Source: an uncultured delta proteobacterium | GTDB lineage: Bacteria; Myxococcota_A; Polyangia; Polyangiales; Polyangiaceae | Length of the DNA: 64,000 nucleotides | Direction: 5' to 3' | NCBI GenBank assembly: GCA_963806225.1 | Contig: CAWDXG010000001.1 | Coordinates: 1,760,001-1,824,000, forward strand | Shown here: positions 41,794-50,051 of the stretch, one piece after another | How the letters are laid out: each line of letters begins with the position of its first letter | Numbering within the stretch: position 1 is the stretch's first letter | The notes under the pieces: model-generated | What the model was told of the DNA's origin: nothing | Seen by the model: the letters and a program-made list of their open reading frames with translations, nothing else | The model's database searches: none | Program-made: the position numbers and the translations under genes

Positions 41794-42918
41794 ATGCGTA
41801 GCTTGGGTCTTGCTCTAGGGCTGGTGGCTTTCGGTGTGCTCGCAGGCGGCTGCGCGGCGGAGCGGGACGGCACGGCCTCGGACGGCCTGCAAACGACCGA
41901 GCAGGCGCAGACGGTGTGCGCGGCCGGTCCCACGACCAAGGGCATCGATGTCTCTCACTGGCAGGGGACCATCGACTGGCAGAAGGTCAAGGGCGACGGT
42001 ATCCAGTTCGCGATCGCGAAGGCAACCGAGGGCACGGGCTTCATTGATCCCGAGTTTACCGCCAACTGGGCGGGGATGAAGCAGGCGGGCGTGCTCAGGG
42101 GCGCGTACCACTTCTTCCGCGCGAGCTACGATGGCGTCGCGCAGGCACAGCACTTCGTGCAGGTGATGGGGCCGCTCGCCGACGGCGACCTGCCGCCCGT
42201 GCTCGATCTCGAGGTCATGGACGGGCAGTCGTCGGCGACGGTGATCCAGCGGTCCAAGGATTTCATGGCGGAAGTGCAGAAGCTGACCGGGCGCACGCCG
42301 ATGCTCTACTCCGGTGGCTTTTTCAAGTCGCTTGGCAGCCCTTCGGGCTTCTCGCAGTACTATCTGTGGGACGCGCACTGGGGCGTGAGCTGCCCGAACA
42401 TCCCCGACGCGGGCTGGAGCACGTGGACCTTCTGGCAGTACACCGACAAGTCGAGCGTAGCGGGGATCGGCAACGGCAGCACCAGCGCCGTCGATGGGGA
42501 CGAGTTCAACGGTTCGCTGCAGGATCTGATCAAGTTCGCGTCACCCGGGGTTGGCGGTAGCGGCGGCACCGGCGGTGCGGGAGGCGCTGGAGGGACTGCC
42601 GGCGCGGGCGCGGTCGGCGGAGCCGGCGGCAGTGCAGCGGGCGGCAGCGGCGGCTCCATGGACGCCGGCGTGGGCGGAACGGGCGGCGTTGCTGCCGGCG
42701 GCACTGCGGGTGCCGCGTACGACGCCGGGATCGGCGGAGCTGGCGCGACGGCCGACGCGGGGCCCGGAGCGGCGACACCGCCGCTGCCCGCCTGGTTCGA
42801 CTCGAGCTGTTCGCTCGCGAGTCCGGAACCGGTGCGGAACGGGAGCGGCTGGCTGGCGTTCGCCACGCTGGGCGTGGTGGCGATCGCGCGACGGCGCCGG
42901 CGCGCGTCGCGCGACTAG
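41794..42918 (+). CDS. GH25 muramidase (lysozyme) with MYXO-CTERM-like tail
   Basis: GIDVSHWQ, KATEG, GAYHFF, LDLE, FWQYT; C-terminal Cys + TM + RRRRR. Confidence 0.9.
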   Translation: MRSLGLALGLVAFGVLAGGCAAERDGTASDGLQTTEQAQTVCAAGPTTKGIDVSHWQGTIDWQKVKGDGIQFAIAKATEGTGFIDPEFTANWAGMKQAGVLRGAYHFFRASYDGVAQAQHFVQVMGPLADGDLPPVLDLEVMDGQSSATVIQRSKDFMAEVQKLTGRTPMLYSGGFFKSLGSPSGFSQYYLWDAHWGVSCPNIPDAGWSTWTFWQYTDKSSVAGIGNGSTSAVDGDEFNGSLQDLIKFASPGVGGSGGTGGAGGAGGTAGAGAVGGAGGSAAGGSGGSMDAGVGGTGGVAAGGTAGAAYDAGIGGAGATADAGPGAATPPLPAWFDSSCSLASPEPVRNGSGWLAFATLGVVAIARRRRRASRD

Positions 42919-43156
42919 ACCGGGAACCTGCGACTGCTCGAGGTCGATCAGGGAACGGCGCGCGAGACGCCGGGCCCATGCGAGGGTGCGCGCCACGTCG
43001 AGCAGACTGGATGCTACCCGGCGCAAGATGCTGCGGCGCGCGATGGGTGCAGGTTGCATGTCGCGTGGTGGTGCATCGGGCGTGCCACCCATGATGGTAG
43101 TCAATACCAGCGGAAATCAGGCCACTGGAACGAGGTGGCGGCCGCTGCCACGTGAC

Positions 43157-43172
43157 TGGCATGCACAGTGCA
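43157..43172 (+). promoter_or_regulatory. Putative sigma54 promoter of the isoprenoid/Get3 operon
   Basis: TGGCAT-GCACA-GTGCA with correct GG/GC spacing; TGGTA-N5-TACCA palindrome at 43095-43109. Confidence 0.5.
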
Positions 43173-43337
43173 AACGACGTGTCGCATGTCGACCACGGCG
43201 TGCGCGCTGGAAGCAGGCCGCGTCCGCCCCCGCTGCATATGCGCGAATCCGCGCGTGCGCGATCCATCCGCGGACGCAGGGCTGGCGTGCCTATGGGGTT
43301 CGCGCGCAACGCTTGCACGATCCGCGTGGAAACCGCG

Positions 43338-44840
43338 ATGACGGCGCCCATCCCCGTTCCCTCGACCAGCGGACACGGCCGGCTCGCTCGCTACGACGCA
43401 ATCGTCGTCGGCAGCGGCGTGGGCGGCTCCGTCACGGCCGGGACCCTCGCCGCGCGCGGGTTCCGCGTGCTGGTCCTCGAGAAGAACCCGGTGCTGGGTG
43501 GGATCCTCGCTTCCACCCGCCGGGACGGCTTCAAGCTGGACGTGGGCAGCCACCTCATCTCGCGAGGCGAGCGCGGACCGCTGGGCTGCGCGCTGCACTC
43601 GCTGGGGCTTTCCCACCCGCGTTTCATCACGCATCCCATGCCGGTGCGATCGCGCGGGATGTTCGAGCTGTCGGCGCCGGAGCACCGGCGGCAGTTGCCC
43701 GCCTACGCACTGGAGGCGGCGCGGCTCCTGCGACTGCCGGCTCGTGAGATGGCGTCGATGGCGCGGATGATGCTGTCGGTTTTCACGCTGACGGAGTTCG
43801 AGCTCCGGCGTTGGGACCGCCGCACGTTGGACGAGTTCATCCGCCGGCACACCGAACACCCGGGCGCCTACTTCTTGTTCAGCTTCCTGGCGAGCATCTT
43901 CTTCGTGCTGCCGCCGTGGAAGGTGTCCGCGGGTGAGGCGATCCGCTGTCTACGCTGGGTGATCGCAAGCTACCGCCTGTCCTACGTGGAAGGCGGCATG
44001 GACAGCATTCCGCACGCGCTTCTGGGATTCGTCGGGCCGGCGGGTGGCGATCTGGTGACTGGGCGGCGCGTCGTGGCGATCCGCAGGAACTGCGACGGGC
44101 TCGTGGTGGCGACGGACGACGGCGCCGAGTACCGCGCGCCAGCCGTCGCATGCAACATGGCGCCCGCCGACCTGGTCTCCCTGCTCGACGGTATCGAAGT
44201 GCCGCCGGAATACGCCGAACGCGTGGCGGCGATCGAGGGATCGGGCAGCGCGCACCAGGTGAAGCTCGCGCTCAAGCGTCCGCTGATCGGCGAGGGCTGC
44301 TTGATTGGCGGCGTGTCTTTGGAGGGCAAGACGCTCGACGACCTGAGCCTCGAGCTGATGCGCGAAACCGTGGGCGCGATCGAGGCCGGGCGTGTGTCGG
44401 ACCCGCTGGCCATCTATGCGCCGGTGCCCACCAACTATGACCCGTCGCTGGCGCCAGAGGGTTGCCAGCTCGTGGTGGCGAGCATCTACGGACCGGTGCG
44501 CCCTGATCCGGCCGATCCGCCCGAGAAGTGGCGCGAGCGGATCCTCCAGGCCTTCGCGAGCATCGTGCCCCATCTGTACGACGAGCTGCTGTTCGTCGAG
44601 TTCGAGCCCGTGCCGGCGCTCGGCGCGTGGATGGGCAAGAGCAACAACGCTGCGATCGTCAACGGCCAGTTGCCGGGGCAAGTTGGGCGCGATCGCCTGC
44701 CGGTGACGACGCCGGTGGACGGCCTGTACCTGTGCGGCGACGGCGCGGGCGGCCGCGGCATCGGCACGGAACTGGCCGCGGCGTCGGCGCTCGAGGCGGC
44801 GCGGGCGATCCTGACGCAGGCGAAGACGGAGGCGGCATGA
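43338..44840 (+). CDS. Phytoene desaturase/retinol saturase-family FAD-dependent oxidoreductase
   Basis: YDAIVVGSGVGG..VLVLEKN..GG, YVEGGMDSI, DPSLAPEG, TPVDGLYLCGD..G.G. Confidence 0.88.
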   Translation: MTAPIPVPSTSGHGRLARYDAIVVGSGVGGSVTAGTLAARGFRVLVLEKNPVLGGILASTRRDGFKLDVGSHLISRGERGPLGCALHSLGLSHPRFITHPMPVRSRGMFELSAPEHRRQLPAYALEAARLLRLPAREMASMARMMLSVFTLTEFELRRWDRRTLDEFIRRHTEHPGAYFLFSFLASIFFVLPPWKVSAGEAIRCLRWVIASYRLSYVEGGMDSIPHALLGFVGPAGGDLVTGRRVVAIRRNCDGLVVATDDGAEYRAPAVACNMAPADLVSLLDGIEVPPEYAERVAAIEGSGSAHQVKLALKRPLIGEGCLIGGVSLEGKTLDDLSLELMRETVGAIEAGRVSDPLAIYAPVPTNYDPSLAPEGCQLVVASIYGPVRPDPADPPEKWRERILQAFASIVPHLYDELLFVEFEPVPALGAWMGKSNNAAIVNGQLPGQVGRDRLPVTTPVDGLYLCGDGAGGRGIGTELAAASALEAARAILTQAKTEAA

Positions 44841-45505
44841 GCGATCTCGTCGGCGCTGTCGTTTGGCTATCGGTCCTGGCGGGCGGGCTCGGATTCTGCC
44901 TGCTCCTCCACCACCTTGGCGCGCGGGCGACGTACGTGCGCGACCTGCTCCACATCGGCACCGGCGTGTGGGTGCTGGGTTGGCCCTGGTGGAAGGGAGC
45001 CATCGCGCCCGTGCTGATCCTCGGCTTCGCGCTCGCCGTGACTGTGTCGCTGCCGGTGCTGGCGCGGCACAGCCGCTTCGCCCTGCTGGTGGTCGACAGC
45101 CTGGCGAGTGGAGACGAGCGCTGGAGCGGGCTGGTGTTGTACGTGGCGGCCTACGCACTGCTCTCGTGCGCGGGACTCTGGCTGGGCGCGTTCGCCGCGG
45201 GCGCTGCGCTTTTGTCGCTGTCGCTCGGCGACGGGATCGGTGGTGCCGTGGGGCGGCGCTTCGGACGGCATCACTATCGCGCGCCCGGCGGCAAGGAAAA
45301 GAGCATCGAAGGCTCGGTCGTCGTCGCACTCGCGGCGGCGGCCGGCATCGCGATCGCCGGGTGGCGCTTCGGCGAGCATCCGGGCGCCGCGGGAGTGGCC
45401 GGCCTGGCCGTGATCGCCGCGGTCGCCGAAGCGCTCGCGCCGCGCGGCAGCGACAACGTCGTGGTGCCGGCCGCGGTGTGGGGGGTGGCCAGGCTTTTCG
45501 CATAG
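44837..45505 (+). CDS. Phytol/farnesol/dolichol kinase-like CTP-dependent membrane kinase
   Basis: RDLLHIGTG, GDGIGGAVGRRFG, KSIEGS, DNVVVP; ATGA overlap with the upstream gene. Confidence 0.82.
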   Translation: MSDLVGAVVWLSVLAGGLGFCLLLHHLGARATYVRDLLHIGTGVWVLGWPWWKGAIAPVLILGFALAVTVSLPVLARHSRFALLVVDSLASGDERWSGLVLYVAAYALLSCAGLWLGAFAAGAALLSLSLGDGIGGAVGRRFGRHHYRAPGGKEKSIEGSVVVALAAAAGIAIAGWRFGEHPGAAGVAGLAVIAAVAEALAPRGSDNVVVPAAVWGVARLFA

Positions 45506-45513
45506 GAGGGGGA

Positions 45514-46467
45514 ATGGCAAACGCAGTTCACGAGATGGGCACGCGGCCCGGCGCGGTCCATCACCACATAAGGCAGGGGATCTGGCGCGTCGCCGATCCG
45601 AAGATCACGCTGGCGTCGGTGTCGTCGATGGTTCTGGGCGCGGCGATTGCCGCCTGGCAGGGAACCATCGCGTGGGGATGGCTCGCGCTGACCGTGCTCG
45701 GCATCTTCTTCTTCGAGGCCGCGAAGAACGCCTCCGGCGAGATCTTCGACTGGGACTCGGGTGCCGACCAGGCGCTGTCGGTCAGTGAACGGACGCCGTT
45801 TTCCGGCGGCAAGCGCGTGCTCGTCGACGGGTTGATGACGCGGCGCCAGACGGCGTGGATGGCGGCGGCGTTCTACGCGCTCGGCATCGCGGCAGGGCTC
45901 GCCATCGTGATCGGGCGCGAGCCCCGCGTGCTGTGGCTCGGCATGCTCGGCGCGGGGCTCGCGTTCTTCTACCACGCGCCGCCGCTCGAGCTGTCGTACC
46001 GCGGCCTCGGCGAAGTCGCGGTGGCGCTCGCCTATGGTCCCGTGATCGCGTGCGGCACGTACCTGGTGCAGCGCCACGGCGTGTCGCCCGAGGTGCTCTG
46101 GGCGTCGCTCCCGCTCGGCATCGCGATCATGGCGTTCCTGTGGATCAACGAGTTCCCGGACGCGCGCGCGGACGCGCTGGCGGGCAAGCGCACGCTGGTG
46201 GTGCGGCTCGGACGGCCCCGCGCGGCGCGGGCGTTCGCCGGGCTGGTTGCCGCGACGTATGTCGGGCTGGCACTGCTGCCGCTCGCGGGGCTTCCGCTCG
46301 GGATCTGGGGCGGGTTCATCGGGCTGCCGTTCGCGGCGCGCGCGGCGCAGCGCTTGGTGCGCTTTCCGGAGACGCCGGCGGAGATGGTACCGGCGCAGCG
46401 CTGGACGCTGCTTTCCTTCGTGCTGCTCGCGGTGGGAGCGGCGCTGGGGATCTGGCTTGTCGGCTGA
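45514..46467 (+). CDS. UbiA-superfamily prenyltransferase, MenA-like
   Basis: NASGEIFDWDSGAD, PFSGGKRVL, YHAPPLELSYRGLGE, INEFPDARADALAGKRTLVVRLG; AGGAGG RBS. Confidence 0.88.
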   Translation: MANAVHEMGTRPGAVHHHIRQGIWRVADPKITLASVSSMVLGAAIAAWQGTIAWGWLALTVLGIFFFEAAKNASGEIFDWDSGADQALSVSERTPFSGGKRVLVDGLMTRRQTAWMAAAFYALGIAAGLAIVIGREPRVLWLGMLGAGLAFFYHAPPLELSYRGLGEVAVALAYGPVIACGTYLVQRHGVSPEVLWASLPLGIAIMAFLWINEFPDARADALAGKRTLVVRLGRPRAARAFAGLVAATYVGLALLPLAGLPLGIWGGFIGLPFAARAAQRLVRFPETPAEMVPAQRWTLLSFVLLAVGAALGIWLVG

Positions 46468-47392
46468 CGCGCCACGGCGGCTGCACGTCGTGCTCGGCAA
46501 GGGCGGCGTCGGCAAATCGACCGTTGGCGCCGCGCTGGCGCTCGCTGCACGGCGTCGCGACGCGCGCGTGCTCGCGATCGAGCTCGGCGCGCCCGGCGGG
46601 CTGTCACGCGTGCTGGGGGTCGAGCTGCCCGGGCCGGGGACAATCGTCGAAGCGCCGTCGGGCGTGGCCGTGAGCTGGTTCGACGGCGCGGCGGCCCTTT
46701 CCGAGTACCTGCGGCATGCGCTGCGCTTCGGCGCGCTGCTCGACAAGGTCCTGGCACATCCGCTGTATCGCGCCTTCGTCGACGCGGCGCCAGGCTTGAA
46801 GGAGCTGATGGCGATGGGCAAGGTGCGCGACGAGTTCTCGTTGCACAAGGAGCATGGCCGCCCGCACTGGGACGTGGTCGTGGTCGACGCCGGTGCGTCC
46901 GGCCACGCCATCGAGCACCTGCGCATGCCGGCGGCGGCGGCGGAGACGTTCCACTCCGGCCGCGTGCATCGCGAGTCGCGGCGCGTGCACGCGCTGTTTG
47001 CCGACCCCGCGCAGACGGCAATCTGGGTGGTGGCGACGCCCGAGGAGATGCCGCTGCGCGAAGCTGCCGAGAGCGTGTCGCGGCTTGCCGACGCCGGGTT
47101 CGGCGACGTGCGCGTGGTCGTCAACCGCTGTCGGCCGGTTGCGCCGGAGGGGGTGGACGCGGCGCTCGCCGCGCTCGAAGTTCTGCCGGCCGGAGATGCC
47201 GCGCGGCAAGCTGCGCGCGACGGGCTCGCGGTTGCGGCGCGGCGGGCGCTGGGCTGGCAGCGCATCCAGGAGCAGGGCATCGCCGCGCTGGTGGAGGAGA
47301 TCGGAACGCGACCGCTCCGGCTGCCGACGCTGACGGAAGTGACGGAGCCGGGGCTGGCGGAGCTCGGCGAGCTGCTGTGGGGGGTGGCATGA
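46457..47392 (+). CDS. ArsA/Get3-family ATPase, subunit 1
   Basis: GKGGVGKST, APGLKEL..GK, VVDAGASGH, PEEMPLRE, VVVN; TTG start inferred. Confidence 0.88.
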   Translation: MSADAPRRLHVVLGKGGVGKSTVGAALALAARRRDARVLAIELGAPGGLSRVLGVELPGPGTIVEAPSGVAVSWFDGAAALSEYLRHALRFGALLDKVLAHPLYRAFVDAAPGLKELMAMGKVRDEFSLHKEHGRPHWDVVVVDAGASGHAIEHLRMPAAAAETFHSGRVHRESRRVHALFADPAQTAIWVVATPEEMPLREAAESVSRLADAGFGDVRVVVNRCRPVAPEGVDAALAALEVLPAGDAARQAARDGLAVAARRALGWQRIQEQGIAALVEEIGTRPLRLPTLTEVTEPGLAELGELLWGVA

Positions 47393-48516
47393 GCCTGGGC
47401 GGCCTGATGGAGCGGCTGCGGCTGGTGGTGTGCGTCGGTACGGGCGGCGTCGGCAAGACCACGCTGTCGGCGGCGCTCGCCCTCGGCGGGGCGATGGCCG
47501 GACGGCGCGCGATGGTGCTGACCATCGATCCCGCGCGGGCGCTGGCGCGCGGCCTCGGGCTGGAACGGCTCGAGCGCGGCGGACAGCGCATCCCGGACCA
47601 GGTGTTGCGCTCGTCGGGCGTGACCGTGAGCGGTTCGCTGTCGGCGGGCATGCTCGACCAGAAGGTGGCGTGGGACGCCTTCATCACCCGTCACACGCGC
47701 AGCGCCGCAGGCCGCCGCGCCATCCTCGACAATCCCTTCTACCAGGAGCTGAGCGGACGCTTCGCCGGCGCGACGGAATACGTCGCAGTCGAGGAGCTGT
47801 GCCGGCTCGACGAGTCGGGCGAGTACAATCTGATCGTGCTCGACACGCCGCCCGCCGCGCACGCGCTCGACTTCGTGAGCGCGCCGGGACGCATCGACCG
47901 CCTGCTCGACCCGGAGCTGTCGCAGTGGCTGACGCGGCCGTACGCCGCGGTGGGAAAGAGCGCGTTCCGTTCGGCGGGCGCGACGCTCCGGTTCGTCCTA
48001 CGGCAGCTCGAGCGCGCGACGGGGCGGCAGACGCTGCGCGATGTGTCGGCGCTGTTCACCGCGATGGACGGCCTGTTCGACGACATCCGCGCCCGCACAC
48101 GCGAGGCGCGCGCGCTCCTGTACGGTCCGTCGACGGCGTTCGTGCTCGTAACAGGACCGGAAGAGCCCGTGCTCGCCGGGACGAGCGCGCTAGGCGAGCG
48201 CCTGAGCGCGCTCGACGTGCCGCTCCGTGCCGTGATCCAGAACCGGACGCACCCGCTACCCGGCCTCGATGACCCCGCTGCGGAGATCGCGGCCGACGCG
48301 CTGCTCGGCGAGCTCGACGCGCCGCCCGACGTGCTCGCGTGGCTCGGCCGCACGCACCGCGACGAGGTTGCGCGGGCGCGCGCCGAAGCGCGTCGCTGGG
48401 AGCAGTTCGCGCGCAGCCTGCCGGCTGGCGTCGAACAAGCTTCCCTCGCCGAGCTCGACCACGACCTGCACTCGCTCGGCAATCTCGCCGATGTCGCGCG
48501 GAAGCTCTGGGCGTAG
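47389..48516 (+). CDS. ArsA/Get3-family ATPase, subunit 2
   Basis: GTGGVGKTT, LTIDPARALA, ILDNPFY, EYVAVEEL, VLDTPPAAHALDF; ATGA overlap. Confidence 0.9.
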   Translation: MSLGGLMERLRLVVCVGTGGVGKTTLSAALALGGAMAGRRAMVLTIDPARALARGLGLERLERGGQRIPDQVLRSSGVTVSGSLSAGMLDQKVAWDAFITRHTRSAAGRRAILDNPFYQELSGRFAGATEYVAVEELCRLDESGEYNLIVLDTPPAAHALDFVSAPGRIDRLLDPELSQWLTRPYAAVGKSAFRSAGATLRFVLRQLERATGRQTLRDVSALFTAMDGLFDDIRARTREARALLYGPSTAFVLVTGPEEPVLAGTSALGERLSALDVPLRAVIQNRTHPLPGLDDPAAEIAADALLGELDAPPDVLAWLGRTHRDEVARARAEARRWEQFARSLPAGVEQASLAELDHDLHSLGNLADVARKLWA

Positions 48517-48527
48517 GCGCCTGCTGC

Positions 48528-50006
48528 TCAGCGGCGGCGACGGATCGCGAAGCCGAACAGAGCGACGGACGCGAGCCACCAGGGCGCGCCGCTCTGCTCG
48601 TGTCCAGCGGCGCGGCAGCCGCAGCTGCCGCTATTGCCACTCGAGGCGGCGTTGCCGGACGCGCCGGCCGCGGCGTTGCCGGCGGAGCCTCCAGTGTTCC
48701 CGCTGGAGCCCGCGCTGCCGCCGGTGCCCGTGCCGCCGCTGCCCGCGCCGCCGCTGCCACCGGTTGCGGAACCGCCGCTGCCCGCGCCGCCGCTGCCGCC
48801 GGTGCCCGCGCCGCCCGTGCCGCTGCCGCCGGTTCCGCCCGCTCCGCTGCCGCCGCCGAGCTCGTAGGCGCCGATGTCGATGGTGCCGACGCTGGTGCGG
48901 TTCTCGCGGCCCGTCGGGTGGACGTACTGGTATTTCGGCGTGAGCGCAAAGCCCGCGCCGGTGCCGGGGTTGGCGCCGCCGTCCACGCACGGCGTGCCGG
49001 AGACCAGGTGGTAGTCGAAGGTCGCGGCGTTCACGAGACACGTCGTGCCGCCGCTGTAGTTGTTGGCGAGCGTGGCGTTGCCCTGGTTGGTCACGGTGCC
49101 GCCGCCCTGGAAGATGTTGTTCTTGATCACGGCGGGCGTGGTGACCGAGCTGCCGAGCCGGACGAAGGTGCCGCTGCCCTTGTCGTTCACGAAGGTGTTG
49201 TTCACGACGAAGAGCTGGTGGTCGGGGTTGGCGGTGTTGGTGCCCTCTTCCTGGTAGGTGAGGAGGGTGGGGTTGTCGGTCTGCGTGCCCTGTTCGATCA
49301 GGTTGCCGATGACGTACGTCTTGCCGCCGTTCGGGAAGTCGAGCTCGTAGCTCTCGGTGCCGTCGGACTCGCCCGTCAGCCGGTTGTACAGCACGTCCGT
49401 CTCGGCCGCGCGTGACTTCAAGAGGTGGCCGATCTTCGCGCGGTGCGACCAGTTGTACTGGAACACGAACTTCTTGACGTGGTTGATGTACAGGTTGTGC
49501 GAGTAGCCGTCGCCGTAGCCGTTGTGGTTGAACTCGCTGTACTCGATCAGAATGGTGCTGTTCGCGTCGTCGCCGGCCAGGATGCCGTCCTCGTTGTCGT
49601 GGAAGGAGCAGTTCCTGACCGTGAGGTTCGTGCCTTCCTGGCGGATGCCGGCGCCGTTCTTGTCGACCACGGTGGCGCCGCTGAACTCGATGTTCTCGAC
49701 CGTGGTGTTGTCGCCCTGGATGACCCAGATGGCCTTGCCGCCGTAGGCCTTGCCCGCCGCGTCGATTTTCGCGCGGCCGTTCACGCCCTTGATGACAAGG
49801 TTGCTGGGCGCGATGGCGCACACGTCGCCGTCGTAGTTGCCGGCGGCGTCGATCTCGATGGTGTCGCCGTCCTGGGCGGCCGCGATGGCGGCGCAGGGCT
49901 TGGCGTAGGTCTTTCCCGGGCCGACCTGGAACGTCGCGGCGGACGCCGCGCCCGCCGCCAGCATCACCACCGCCCACGCAGAAACCGACCGTGGTGCTGT
50001 TCGCAT
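48528..50006 (-). CDS. Secreted right-handed beta-helix protein with MYXO-CTERM
   Basis: Signal peptide; beta-helix repeats (NGAGIRQEG, HDNEDGIL, HNLYI, GHLLKSRA), DIGAYE, Gly linker, SCGCRAAG..TM..RRRR. Confidence 0.85.
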   Translation of the reverse strand: MRTAPRSVSAWAVVMLAAGAASAATFQVGPGKTYAKPCAAIAAAQDGDTIEIDAAGNYDGDVCAIAPSNLVIKGVNGRAKIDAAGKAYGGKAIWVIQGDNTTVENIEFSGATVVDKNGAGIRQEGTNLTVRNCSFHDNEDGILAGDDANSTILIEYSEFNHNGYGDGYSHNLYINHVKKFVFQYNWSHRAKIGHLLKSRAAETDVLYNRLTGESDGTESYELDFPNGGKTYVIGNLIEQGTQTDNPTLLTYQEEGTNTANPDHQLFVVNNTFVNDKGSGTFVRLGSSVTTPAVIKNNIFQGGGTVTNQGNATLANNYSGGTTCLVNAATFDYHLVSGTPCVDGGANPGTGAGFALTPKYQYVHPTGRENRTSVGTIDIGAYELGGGSGAGGTGGSGTGGAGTGGSGGAGSGGSATGGSGGAGSGGTGTGGSAGSSGNTGGSAGNAAAGASGNAASSGNSGSCGCRAAGHEQSGAPWWLASVALFGFAIRRRR

Positions 50007-50051
50007 CGCGACATTGTCGCCGCGCTGCGGCCGGAGTTCAAGGGCCCGGGC

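Noticed and set aside
43338..44840. Carotenoid biosynthesis cluster (crtI)
   Set aside because: No phytoene synthase, GGPP synthase or cyclase in the window; family membership alone does not establish CrtI activity.
46457..48516. Arsenic resistance operon
   Set aside because: No arsB/acr3/arsC/arsD nearby; architecture fits the Get3/BagAB-like pair.
48620..48860. Repetitive GCC-rich tracts here and at 38820-39030, 40500-40720, 42550-42760 and 54280-54680 as possible repeat arrays or CRISPR
   Set aside because: All are in-frame Gly/Ala/Ser linkers; no constant repeat with unique spacers and no cas genes.
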